64,000 nucleotides of DNA from Nanobdellota archaeon (GTDB taxonomy: Archaea > Nanobdellota > Nanobdellia > Parvarchaeales > Parvarchaeaceae): assembly GCA_021846665.1 (NCBI GenBank), contig JAJZWM010000001.1, positions 13,598-77,597 on the forward strand, written 5' to 3'. Under the pieces are notes generated by a model, which saw only the letters and a list, made by a program, of their open reading frames with translations, made no database searches and was not told the origin of the DNA. Numbering within the stretch: position 1 is the stretch's first letter; each line of letters opens with the position of its first letter. Below are positions 10,386-19,401 of the stretch, piece by piece. Position numbers and translations under genes: made by a program.

Positions 10386-10457
10386 CGCCCGGGGCAGGAT
10401 TCGAACCTGCAACGCCTTGGTTAACAGCCAAGTGCTCTGCCGTTGAGCTACTCGGGC
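10386..10457 (-). tRNA. tRNA-Asn (anticodon GTT)
   Basis: Hand-folded cloverleaf. Acceptor GCCCGAG/CCCGGGC has one A-C mismatch at 6:67. D arm GCTC..GAGC. Anticodon stem CTTGG/CCAAG with loop CTGTTAA. T arm GCAGG-TTCGAAT-CCTGC. Discriminator G. No encoded CCA. Confidence 0.8.
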
Positions 10458-10458
10458 A

Positions 10459-11655
10459 TCAATTTATAGATATTGATTTTGGAGACATATATTCTTTTAT
10501 TTTAAGCAATATAAATTTATTGAAATTTTCAACATTGTATTTTTTATCATAACAAATGAATTTTCCCACAATAAATACCTTTTTATGTACATTAATAAAA
10601 TTTTTTATTATATCAGTAGCGGAAAAAACTTCTGGGCCATATACTATTTTAGTTTTTGTCTTAGGCACATTTTTAACTTGAAGAAACAGAATTGCACTTT
10701 TTTCATTAAAATCGACATCAAAGGAGTATATCTCTATATCTTCTGCTTTAAGTTCTTTTATCAGCTTATCTAAATTCTTTACGTACTTTGAAAGGAAAAC
10801 GTCTCTTGGTTCTATTATCTTTGTATTAAAAATAAATAATTTTGTTCCACGTTCTTTAACTTCTTTTAGTACATTTGTCTTAATGCTTTTCTTTATAAAA
10901 AAGTCAAATGAAGGGGAGAGATAAAAACGCTTCATAGCAAGAACAAACTTAGATAGATTTTCTTCATTTACAGAAGCGCAGATATTCCTTTTTATATTAG
11001 TTGGATCAGAAAGAAAAATAGGGTAAATATTTTTATTAGAAGTTTTTCCAATTAAGATAGGAGGTTTCCATGAATTAACTGCTTCCATCAAAGCAGCAAA
11101 GCTTCCAAATTCCTTTATAAGTACCTCCAATGAATAACCTGAAAAACCATGCATATACGTCTCAGAACCATAACAATTATTGGCCTTACAGAATGCCTTT
11201 AAAATTATTACATCCTTTTTCTGTGAATTAGACAAAGAGGAATTTATATAATTTGAATGGAGGGTGGATAGATCTATAGAATTCTCAACTAAGTTTATAT
11301 CAGAAAAACGAAGAACTGGAACAATTTCTACTTTTATTCCATTAAATAATCCTTTAAAATATTTCCTTGTGCCAAAAGCAGGAATAAAATTTTTTGGGAC
11401 TAAAAATGACAAATTTTTCATTTCGCCTTCGGAATTAAATATTGCAAATACATCTATATCACTTTCATTTTTTATCCATGTTCCCTTCGCATAAGAACCA
11501 CTAAATCTAAACTCAACATTCACTTTCTTATTGCTTGCATTTTTATTTAATAAGCCCATTAATTCTTCTGCTATTTTATCAAGCCTAGATTTTTCTCTTT
11601 GAGAAGACACAAAAATAGAATATGCCCTATCAAATACTTTTTTAAACTTATCCAT
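10459..11655 (-). CDS. cca: CCA-adding enzyme (archaeal class I tRNA nucleotidyltransferase)
   Basis: 398 aa. Nucleotidyltransferase motif GSYAKGTWIKNESDIDVF (GS..G...D.D). Size and architecture are typical of archaeal Cca. Its stop lies 2 nt upstream of the tRNA-Asn 5' end on the same strand. Confidence 0.75.
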   Translation of the reverse strand: MDKFKKVFDRAYSIFVSSQREKSRLDKIAEELMGLLNKNASNKKVNVEFRFSGSYAKGTWIKNESDIDVFAIFNSEGEMKNLSFLVPKNFIPAFGTRKYFKGLFNGIKVEIVPVLRFSDINLVENSIDLSTLHSNYINSSLSNSQKKDVIILKAFCKANNCYGSETYMHGFSGYSLEVLIKEFGSFAALMEAVNSWKPPILIGKTSNKNIYPIFLSDPTNIKRNICASVNEENLSKFVLAMKRFYLSPSFDFFIKKSIKTNVLKEVKERGTKLFIFNTKIIEPRDVFLSKYVKNLDKLIKELKAEDIEIYSFDVDFNEKSAILFLQVKNVPKTKTKIVYGPEVFSATDIIKNFINVHKKVFIVGKFICYDKKYNVENFNKFILLKIKEYMSPKSISIN

Positions 11656-11725
11656 AGCAATATATCATTTGAAAGGTATTAATAAATTATATACCGCATA
11701 AAGTTATCATATAATAAAACATATA

Positions 11726-14425
11726 ATGGAAAGCATATCAACAAAATTAGAAAAAGTACTAAAAGAAGTTGGATTCACTGATCTTACAGAAATACAAAAA
11801 ATAGTTATCCCCAAAATAAAAAATGGGAAAAATATAATATTTAGAGCACCTACTGGCTATGGAAAAACCCTCGCAGCGTTTTTACCATTACTTGATAAGT
11901 TAGATCCTGACTCAGATGGGATACAACTTCTTTACATAACACCATTAAAATCATTAAACAGAGACATATTCAAAAATATAATAACAATAAGCAATAAAAT
12001 GGGGATAGAAGTTGATATAAGACATGGTGACACAACTGCATATGAGAGAGCAAATCAGTCGCGTATGCCACCGCATTGTCTAATAACAACGCCAGAAACT
12101 GTTCAATCAATAATGCTTAGCAAAAAACTAGTGGAAAAATTGAAAAATTTAAAGTATGTTATTGTAGATGAAATCCAAAGCTTGATGGAATCCAAGAGAG
12201 GAACTCAATTTTCAGTTGGACTTGAAAGACTTCGTAGAATTTCGAATTTTCAAGTGGTGGGAATAAGTGCAACAATAGCAGATTTCAAGGAAACAAAAGA
12301 ATATCTATCTGCTGAAGAAAGCGTTGAATTTACTGGTGAAAAGAAGTATGACATCGAAGTTGCTTATCCTAGTTTCAACAAAGAAGATGAGGAGATGGCC
12401 TCAAAAGAAAATGTAAGCAAACTTGTTGCAAACTCATTAAGGTACATAAGTGACGAAATAAAAAACTCAAAATCAACTATAATATTTACAAATACTAGAG
12501 AAACCGCTGAACTTTTAGGTTCTAGATTAAGTAAATTTCTTAAAGATAAAAAAATGGAAGTGCATCACAGTTCTCTTTCAAAAGAGGTTAGAATGGAGAT
12601 TGAAAATGCATTCAAATTAGGCAAGATAGATGTAATGATAGCTACAAGTTCTCTGGAACTTGGTATAGACATAGGAAACGTTGATTTAGTAATACAATAC
12701 ATGTCCCCAAGACAAGTAGTTAAACTTATACAAAGAGTAGGTAGATCAAATCACAATCAGATGGGTATAGCAAAAGGAAAGCTTGTTACAATAAATATAG
12801 ATGATTACTTAGAAAGCAAATCAATAGACAATTGCAGATTAAAAGGAAAGCTTGAAGTAATCTCACTTCCAGTTGAAAGCCTTGATATCCTTGCACACCA
12901 GATAGTTGGTTTAATAATAGATGGAGTACAAAAAAAAGATGATATATTCAAAGTAATAAAAAAAAGCTATGCTTACAAAGAACTAAAAAAAGAGAAATTT
13001 GAAGAAGTAATTGATTTTCTGATAAAACATTACATGATTAGATATTACGGAGAAGGGCTTATAAGAACCAAGAAGGGTCTGCTTTTTTATATAAACAATA
13101 TATCATCAATTCCTGATAGAAAAACCTATATTGTTATAGACAGCCAACTCAACAAAAAAATAGGAGTATTAGATGAAGAATTCGTAGCTGAAAATGGAAA
13201 GGAAGGAAACAATTTTATAATGCGCGGAGAAAACTGGAAAATAATAAAAATAGAAAATCAAAAAATAGAAGTTGTAAGAACAAGCAGCAGCATAGGAGCT
13301 ATACCTGCATGGGAAGGAGAGCTAATGCCAGTACATAGATTCGTAGCAGAAGAAGCCGCTAATTTAAGAGAAAAATACTCTGATAAGTTTTCTGTTTTGA
13401 AGGAACAAAAAGAAAATTTTGTTATTCCAAACTCAAAAAGAATAGTTATAGAAAAAGTTGATGACTATATAATAATCCATTCTACCTTTGGAAATATGAC
13501 AAACGAAGCAATTTCAAAAGTAGTAACATCTAAGATAACAGAGATAATTGGTGAAAGTGTTGTAAGTAAAGTTGATCCTTATAGAATAATGATAAAAACA
13601 TTCATACCTGCAGAAAAAATAAAGAACATGCTTGTAAATTTAGATGATATTGAAAAAAGAATAAAAGAAAGCATAAAGCGAACATCTCTATATGAATATA
13701 GATTTCTTAATGTAGCAAAAAGATTCGGAATTATAAACAAATATGCCGATTTTACAAAGATGAGATTAAGAAGCCTTGTAGAAATGTATGATAACAGCAT
13801 AGTAGAAGAAGAAACATTTAAAGAGATTTTTTCTAGCAAGATAGATATAAAATCTGCCGAGGATTTACTTGATAGAATAAATAAAGGAGAGATAGAAATT
13901 ATTGTAAATAAAGGTGAAGCCTCGCCTCTTACTTATGAAGGACTAGAAAGTAGTTACGGTGGTTCTATAATAAAACCTGAAGAGGCAAAAAAGGTGCTAA
14001 GGCAGCTTGTTCTTGAAAGAATAGAAAATACGGAAATATTCATGCAGTGCATGAACTGCGGATATAAGATAGGTGGAATGCTAGTAAAAAACACAGAAGG
14101 GATAAAATGTCCTAAATGTAAAGCAAGATATATTGGGTTCTACAAAATAAAGCAGAAGGATATCTATGAAAAGGCATTAAAGAAGGCGCTTAAAAATAAA
14201 AAATTAAATAAAGAGGAGAGGTTATTATTTGAAAGTGTTAAACAAAATGGCGCATTATACCTTGGCTATGACAAAAAGGCATGTATAGTAAGTTCAGCTT
14301 ATGGAATAGGTGCAAAAACAGCAAGTAGAATTTTATCTTCATACAGCAAAAACGAAGATGAACTTATAGATAAGATAATTGAAGCAGAAAAAAATTATAT
14401 AGAAACAAAGGAATACTGGAAATAA
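11726..14425 (+). CDS. Lhr-like ATP-dependent DEAD/DEAH-box helicase (COG1201-type) with C-terminal zinc ribbon
   Basis: 899 aa. Walker A APTGYGKTLAAFLPLL. DExx box VIVDEIQSL. SAT-like ISAT. Helicase C motifs HHSSLSKEVR and QRVGRSNH. C-terminal CMNCGYK...CPKCK zinc ribbon. Confidence 0.6.
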   Translation: MESISTKLEKVLKEVGFTDLTEIQKIVIPKIKNGKNIIFRAPTGYGKTLAAFLPLLDKLDPDSDGIQLLYITPLKSLNRDIFKNIITISNKMGIEVDIRHGDTTAYERANQSRMPPHCLITTPETVQSIMLSKKLVEKLKNLKYVIVDEIQSLMESKRGTQFSVGLERLRRISNFQVVGISATIADFKETKEYLSAEESVEFTGEKKYDIEVAYPSFNKEDEEMASKENVSKLVANSLRYISDEIKNSKSTIIFTNTRETAELLGSRLSKFLKDKKMEVHHSSLSKEVRMEIENAFKLGKIDVMIATSSLELGIDIGNVDLVIQYMSPRQVVKLIQRVGRSNHNQMGIAKGKLVTINIDDYLESKSIDNCRLKGKLEVISLPVESLDILAHQIVGLIIDGVQKKDDIFKVIKKSYAYKELKKEKFEEVIDFLIKHYMIRYYGEGLIRTKKGLLFYINNISSIPDRKTYIVIDSQLNKKIGVLDEEFVAENGKEGNNFIMRGENWKIIKIENQKIEVVRTSSSIGAIPAWEGELMPVHRFVAEEAANLREKYSDKFSVLKEQKENFVIPNSKRIVIEKVDDYIIIHSTFGNMTNEAISKVVTSKITEIIGESVVSKVDPYRIMIKTFIPAEKIKNMLVNLDDIEKRIKESIKRTSLYEYRFLNVAKRFGIINKYADFTKMRLRSLVEMYDNSIVEEETFKEIFSSKIDIKSAEDLLDRINKGEIEIIVNKGEASPLTYEGLESSYGGSIIKPEEAKKVLRQLVLERIENTEIFMQCMNCGYKIGGMLVKNTEGIKCPKCKARYIGFYKIKQKDIYEKALKKALKNKKLNKEERLLFESVKQNGALYLGYDKKACIVSSAYGIGAKTASRILSSYSKNEDELIDKIIEAEKNYIETKEYWK

Positions 14426-14477
14426 ATAAAATTAATTTATACAAAAATAAATACGGATTTTCAATTATAATATAAAA

Positions 14478-15176
14478 TCAAACAAAGATATCATTTACAT
14501 TGTGATCTTTTCCATGAGAAACACATATTAAGTCTGGTGTTAATTCCTTTATTCTGTTAATACTATTTATAAGAGAGACATAATCTTCAAAGAATGGGGG
14601 TGTTTCAAGTCTTTTATCAGTTCCCTGTAATAAATCACCGACTATTACTATCTTTGAATCTACAAGGTATATAGATATAGAATCTTTTGTATGCCCTGGT
14701 GTTTCTATTATCTTTGCACTTATTCCAAGCTCTTTTGGGAATATCCCCTCTTTAAGCTTCATATCAGGCTTTACATACTTTGGTTTCATGAATTTAGCTA
14801 CTATAGGTAACAAATAAACAAAAAATTTATTCTTAAATGATTTTGAATTTGATACTGGCATTAAAATACCTTTAGTACCATCAACGTATGGTATACCTTT
14901 TTCACTTATCCCCAAGTGAGCATTACTCATCTTCTGCAAGACATAAGCACTTCCAAAATGGTCCATATGAGAATGTGTTAACAGGATATATTTTATATCA
15001 CTAACAGATCTGCCTATACTATTTATATATGTAATTATTTTTTTCTCACTGTTTGGCAAACCTGTATCTACTAATATCAGACCATCTTTAGATTCTATAA
15101 GAAAAACTTTAACATATCCAAGATTTATTTCATGCAACTGGTCGTTTATCTTTACTCCTAAAATTTTCTTAGCCAT
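14478..15176 (-). CDS. MBL-fold metallo-hydrolase
   Basis: 232 aa. Motif LLTHSHMDHFG (H-x-H-x-D-H) and downstream His/Asp ligands (TPGHTKDS, CVSHG). Confidence 0.7.
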   Translation of the reverse strand: MAKKILGVKINDQLHEINLGYVKVFLIESKDGLILVDTGLPNSEKKIITYINSIGRSVSDIKYILLTHSHMDHFGSAYVLQKMSNAHLGISEKGIPYVDGTKGILMPVSNSKSFKNKFFVYLLPIVAKFMKPKYVKPDMKLKEGIFPKELGISAKIIETPGHTKDSISIYLVDSKIVIVGDLLQGTDKRLETPPFFEDYVSLINSINRIKELTPDLICVSHGKDHNVNDIFV

Positions 15177-15309
15177 ATCTTATATATAAATAAAGTATAC
15201 CTCGATATATAACTTTGTTACAAAATAACTGTTGTATAGAAAGGATCTTAAAACTAATTCTTTCTATTTTTTTATTGAGAAAAGATCCGAATCTATATAC
15301 AATTAACAT
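15169..15309 (-). CDS. Small upstream ORF (46 aa, MLIVYRFGSFLNKKIERISF...) overlapping the start of the MBL hydrolase gene; paralogous to the uORF at 16088..16174
   Basis: ATG sits 26 nt downstream of the TATA-like box ATAAATAG, so it would be leaderless. Its N-terminal 14 aa are conserved with the second uORF, with synonymous third-position changes. Its stop overlaps the ATG-GCT-AAG start of the downstream gene. Confidence 0.35.
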   Translation of the reverse strand: MLIVYRFGSFLNKKIERISFKILSIQQLFCNKVIYRGILYLYIRYG

Positions 15310-15356
15310 ATCGTTATTTTATTTCTTCTGCTATTTATGTTTTCCAGTTTTAATTT
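15305..15356. repeat. Intergenic repeat copy A (aacatatcgttattttatttcttctgctatttatgttttccagttttaattt)
   Basis: Direct comparison with 16170..16219 (aacatattgttattttacctctcttgctatttatgtttttaatttttcag). ~85% identity over ~45 nt. Same orientation and same distance upstream of two adjacent minus-strand genes. Confidence 0.7.
15325..15345 (-). promoter_or_regulatory. Candidate BRE/TATA promoter (AAAACATAAATAGCA on minus strand), copy 1 of a duplicated element
   Basis: Near-identical ~40-nt element also at 16170..16209. TATA-like ATAAATAG is centred ~26 nt upstream of the uORF ATG. Confidence 0.4.
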
Positions 15357-15498
15357 AGTCCTATTCCGTTTACAACAAATCGATTTTAAAATGTTAATAG
15401 AAAGTTATTAATAAATTATTTATGAAATAAAAGCGCTCAGAAGCTACCCTAATCTTCATTGCAAAGCTCAGCAGGTGTTCATTTCATCATTGCGCAGA

Positions 15499-16044
15499 TT
15501 AATTCAAATTAATCCTCGGAATTGTAGTTGAATTATTTGAAGAATTTCCAGAGGTAAAAAATACTAGTATAAAAGTAGAATTTGAATCTATAGATGAAAA
15601 CTTAACATCTGAGGGTAATAAAGGTGTATTTGAACCATCTTGAATAAGAAACCATGAAGTACCTTCACTTGAATTAGCACATAATGGCCCAGTAAACTGT
15701 TTTGAAAACATACACTGTATGTTTCCATTTGATATATTATAAGTAATATTTTCCTGAGTTAACATACTTTCTGTTAACTGCAACATGTTTGAGATGTTGT
15801 CTGCTATTAAATTTGAAACCGGCACTGCTGATGAATAAGCTATCAGATCATCAGATACTCCACTTTGAACTGATATTGGATTGCCTAGATATGAGGAATT
15901 AGGATTTAATACACTAGCAGGAACTGCAATAGCATAAGTTATTGGCGCTGTACTCGATACATGTGGAAAGAAAAAAAAGATTGAGGATACAAAAGCTATC
16001 GCTATGAATAATGCTAATGCCTGTTTCAACCTTACATTTACCAT
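15499..16044 (-). CDS. Small secreted protein (Sec-type signal peptide), Asn/Ser-rich
   Basis: 181 aa. N-terminus MVNVRLKQALALFIAIAFVSSIFFFFPHVSS/TAP. Many N-x-S/T sequons. No recognisable domain. Confidence 0.5.
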   Translation of the reverse strand: MVNVRLKQALALFIAIAFVSSIFFFFPHVSSTAPITYAIAVPASVLNPNSSYLGNPISVQSGVSDDLIAYSSAVPVSNLIADNISNMLQLTESMLTQENITYNISNGNIQCMFSKQFTGPLCANSSEGTSWFLIQDGSNTPLLPSDVKFSSIDSNSTFILVFFTSGNSSNNSTTIPRINLN

Positions 16045-16087
16045 ATATTTACCTTATTTGAATTTATTTACTGCGACATCCAAAATT

Positions 16088-16174
16088 CTATAATGTGGGT
16101 TCTCGTATTGTACGCTGCAGAACTAGTTCCTGCTTCTCATTGAGATGCCCCCTAAATTTGTATGATGTCAACAT
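16088..16174 (-). CDS. Small upstream ORF (28 aa, MLTSYKFRGHLNEKQELVLQRTIREPTL), paralog of the uORF at 15169..15309
   Basis: ATG 26 nt downstream of the duplicated TATA-like element. An SD-like GAGAGGT lies upstream. N-terminus conserved with uORF A. Confidence 0.3.
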   Translation of the reverse strand: MLTSYKFRGHLNEKQELVLQRTIREPTL

Positions 16175-16219
16175 ATTGTTATTTTACCTCTCTTGCTATT
16201 TATGTTTTTAATTTTTCAG
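16170..16219. repeat. Intergenic repeat copy B
   Basis: See copy A (15305..15356). Confidence 0.7.
16190..16210 (-). promoter_or_regulatory. Candidate BRE/TATA promoter, copy 2 of the duplicated element
   Basis: Minus-strand AAAAACATAAATAGCAAGAGAGGTAAAATAACAAT-ATG. Same architecture as copy 1. Confidence 0.4.
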
Positions 16220-16278
16220 TTAGCTTTCTATTTCACAGTTAAAGCATACAGGTTTTCCGCTCAACTTTGATAAAAAAT

Positions 16279-17631
16279 TTATTTGATTAAAGCGTAACCT
16301 ATAAACGCAACTATAAGTATTATTATTAACCCTATTAAAAAGGGAATTGGAGAAAAGGCAATCATTGCTAATAGAACTGCAAATACAAAGAAACCAAACA
16401 ATGCTCGTGAATAATTCCTCTTCTTTGAATAAACGTAACCATATCCAAATGCAAAGAAAATGAATGCTGCTGCAAATGCAAGTGCACTTATTATTATGAG
16501 TGACAAATAACTGAAAACGCCTGAATTAACAATTACAGGCGCAAATATAGTTATTAAAATTATTGGAACGGCTGCAGTTATAAGAAGTTTAAGATTTTCA
16601 TCTCTCTGAAGAAAAGAAGGCATCAAACCATCTTTAGATACATTATCTAATGTTCTATTTGAAGCATTAATTAATGCGAATGCTGTTAACAGCATTACTA
16701 TTATTGACAAGGCTACCATAATGTATTCAACCCCTATTCCAAATGGTGCAGATATTATATTTGCTGTGAATATATTAGCGGTAGGAACACTTGATAATAT
16801 CGGATAAATCAGTTTACCAACTGCTGCTGAATTTTCTGCCGCATAAACGAAAGTCTGCACCAGCCCAAAAAGTACTATTGCCGTTATTATTATAGCCAAT
16901 AGAGCCTTAGCAACGTCAGTTCTCTTTTCGCCCTTGTAAACAATAGAGGCTCCTTCAAACCCTCCGTACATCCACAGTATAAGAAGTAAACCAAACAGGA
17001 ATAAAGGCGTTGAAACTGGTAAAACATAAGATATTTGCACTCCTGCAGGAGCAGTAGTCTTACTTGATAAGAAAGCTATTACCCCAAGAGCTATAAGAAG
17101 CAGAATGAAGAATATTTTTAATGCTCCAGCAAAATTTAAAGTTCTTCTTGCTTTATTATAGAACATTAATATCCACATTATAACAAATATAATATCAACA
17201 ATTGCTATTGAAGTGAAAGGGCTTAATCTAAAGAAAAGGGAAAGTTCGCCAACAGAAGCTATGCCAGCAGCTGTTATAGTTATTATAAATGAAACTAAAA
17301 GAAGAAATGCAAATATGAATGAATATTCTTTTGTAACCGTATTCTTAAGAAAATTATAAGGATCATGATTATGTGTTATACTTATATCATATATCAGCAT
17401 CCCAATCAAAAGAGCAAGGAATCCTGCGCCAATAACAAGATAAATTGAGAGAGCTCCTCCATAAACTAAAGCAATAAAAAGCGGGATAACTAATACTCCT
17501 AAACCGATTACACCAGCAAGACCATGCAGATACAGCTCGAAAAACGAATGAATTTTCTCTTTCTTTTTAACAACCTTAGTCGTGGCTTTGCTTCTACTTA
17601 TTTTTGTCTTCTTCTTTGTTTTTTTCTGCAT
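16279..17631 (-). CDS. APC-family amino acid/polyamine permease
   Basis: 450 aa with ~12 predicted TM helices. Lys-rich cytoplasmic N-terminus. Overall APC-transporter-like hydrophobicity pattern. Confidence 0.6.
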   Translation of the reverse strand: MQKKTKKKTKISRSKATTKVVKKKEKIHSFFELYLHGLAGVIGLGVLVIPLFIALVYGGALSIYLVIGAGFLALLIGMLIYDISITHNHDPYNFLKNTVTKEYSFIFAFLLLVSFIITITAAGIASVGELSLFFRLSPFTSIAIVDIIFVIMWILMFYNKARRTLNFAGALKIFFILLLIALGVIAFLSSKTTAPAGVQISYVLPVSTPLFLFGLLLILWMYGGFEGASIVYKGEKRTDVAKALLAIIITAIVLFGLVQTFVYAAENSAAVGKLIYPILSSVPTANIFTANIISAPFGIGVEYIMVALSIIVMLLTAFALINASNRTLDNVSKDGLMPSFLQRDENLKLLITAAVPIILITIFAPVIVNSGVFSYLSLIIISALAFAAAFIFFAFGYGYVYSKKRNYSRALFGFFVFAVLLAMIAFSPIPFLIGLIIILIVAFIGYALIK

Positions 17632-17660
17632 ATTATAATAATAATTATATGCTATTTAAA

Positions 17661-19049
17661 TCATTTGTATTTGCTTTCTCGTTTACTTGCATCTGTCAAA
17701 AGTACAAATTCTGCATTTCTCCTGAATTCCACTAAGTTTTTAGAATTAAGATAAGTCATTGAGGACCTTAACCCTCCAATAAGATTGTTTACTATCTTTA
17801 TAACACTCCCTTTATAGGGTATAAGGGTCTCAGTTCCTTCAGGTGTATAACCCTCTAAATCGGCCGCTTCCTCTGTTCTTAATACCTTGTCTGAAAAAGC
17901 GTTTATTGAAGCCATACCCCTATAAAACTTATAATTTGCATTCTCTTTTGTTATTACTATTCCAGGGCTTTCATCTGTTCCAGCGAACAGCCCTCCAATC
18001 ATTACACTATCTGCACCTGCAGCGATTGCCTTTGCAAAATCTGCTGACTTACTAACCCCCCCATCTGCTATTATATTAATACCATTTTTTGCACACTCTA
18101 TTATCGCACTTAATTGTGGGTAACCAACACCAGCTACAGGTCTAGTAAGACATGCGCCACCTGGCCCTATACCAACCTTTACACAGTCAGCGCCTGCTTT
18201 TTTAAGGTTCAGAACGCCCTCTTTAGTTGCAACGTTTCCTGCCACTACGGTTATACCTAATTTCTTAACTTCTTTCACTACTTCTGCAGTTTTCTGTAAA
18301 TAGCCGTTTGCAACATCAACTACTATAAAGTCAGCATCGGCTTCAACTAATGCCTTTGCTCTATCTAGATAATCACTTCCTATACCTATTGAGCCGCCAA
18401 CAATTAATCGGCCATTCTTATCCTTTGATGCTTTCGAATAACCATCCAAAAGCTTTACATCCTTTGAGGTTATCATTCCAGTTAAATTACCTTCTTTGTC
18501 TACTAAAGGCAACTTTTCTATCTTATTTTTATACATTAATTTCTTTGCATCATCTAATGAAATTCCCTTATGTGAGGTTATAACATCTTTTGTCATAAGC
18601 TCGCTTACCTTCTTATTCATGTCTTCCTCGAACTCAAAATCTCTTCTTGTTATTATTCCAATAAGTTTACCTTTTTCTACGACAGGAAAGCTGGTAACCT
18701 TTTTTTCGTTTACAAGCTCCCTTACTTTTCCTATTGGAAAATCCTTATCCACAACATAAGGCTTCTCTATGACTATGTTCTGCTCTCTCTTTACCCTTGT
18801 TATCTCAAGAACTTCATTTTCTATGGAATTAAAACGGTGTATTATGCCAACTCCTCCTATTTTAGCCATGGCTATTGCCATTGTATGCTCTGTAACAGTA
18901 TCCATATTTGAGCTTATTAACGGTATACTAAGTTTTATTTTATCGGATATATATGTGGAAGTATCTACCTGCCATCTTGAATTTACAGAAGAAACCTTTG
19001 GAACTAGCAGTACATCATCAAATGTGAATTTATCTTTAATAATCTTCAT
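17661..19049 (-). CDS. guaB: Inosine-5'-monophosphate dehydrogenase
   Basis: 462 aa. N-terminal [10 protein letters not shown]. Tandem CBS pair inserted in the TIM barrel. Catalytic loop [25 protein letters not shown]-terminal EGYTPEG...YKGS. Confidence 0.9.
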   Translation of the reverse strand: MKIIKDKFTFDDVLLVPKVSSVNSRWQVDTSTYISDKIKLSIPLISSNMDTVTEHTMAIAMAKIGGVGIIHRFNSIENEVLEITRVKREQNIVIEKPYVVDKDFPIGKVRELVNEKKVTSFPVVEKGKLIGIITRRDFEFEEDMNKKVSELMTKDVITSHKGISLDDAKKLMYKNKIEKLPLVDKEGNLTGMITSKDVKLLDGYSKASKDKNGRLIVGGSIGIGSDYLDRAKALVEADADFIVVDVANGYLQKTAEVVKEVKKLGITVVAGNVATKEGVLNLKKAGADCVKVGIGPGGACLTRPVAGVGYPQLSAIIECAKNGINIIADGGVSKSADFAKAIAAGADSVMIGGLFAGTDESPGIVITKENANYKFYRGMASINAFSDKVLRTEEAADLEGYTPEGTETLIPYKGSVIKIVNNLIGGLRSSMTYLNSKNLVEFRRNAEFVLLTDASKRESKYK

Positions 19050-19269
19050 ACCAAAAAATATAAAGAAAGTATTAGGTTATAAAGCTTTAATTTATATAGT
19101 ATTAAACTAATCTTAAATCTAACTTCTATTTTTATATTAAATTTTATCCTATAATAATTCTAGAAACCTTATTCTTAACTAATAAAAGATAATTGTATTA
19201 AAAAATTACAATCTTATTATAAAAGTTAATAGTTTAAATGCAAAGCTTTTATTTTAGACTATTGTTAAA

Positions 19270-19342
19270 TATCATTTATGGGCCGATGGCGCAATTGGCA
19301 ACGCGCTCCCCTTGCACGGGAGAGACTGTGGGTTCAAATCCC
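19270..19342 (+). tRNA. tRNA-Ala (anticodon TGC)
   Basis: Acceptor GGGCCGA/TCGGTCC with the G3-U70 alanine identity pair. Anticodon stem CTCCC/GGGAG, loop CTTGCAC. T arm GTGGG-TTCAAAT-CCCAT. Discriminator A. Confidence 0.85.
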
Positions 19343-19401
19343 ATTCGGTCCACTTTTATTTCAAAGATAAAAACTTTAAAGGTTAACTGCTTACAAAATG
19401 A

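Noticed and set aside
10336-10431. N-terminal part of the 86-aa ORF (MAVNQGVAGSNPAPGALKFF...)
   Set aside because: It is the antisense/same-strand translation artifact of the tRNA-Asn gene (GVAGSNPAPGA corresponds to the T arm and acceptor). Only the part downstream of the tRNA (from MGLFD) is considered, as frame A of the pseudogene.
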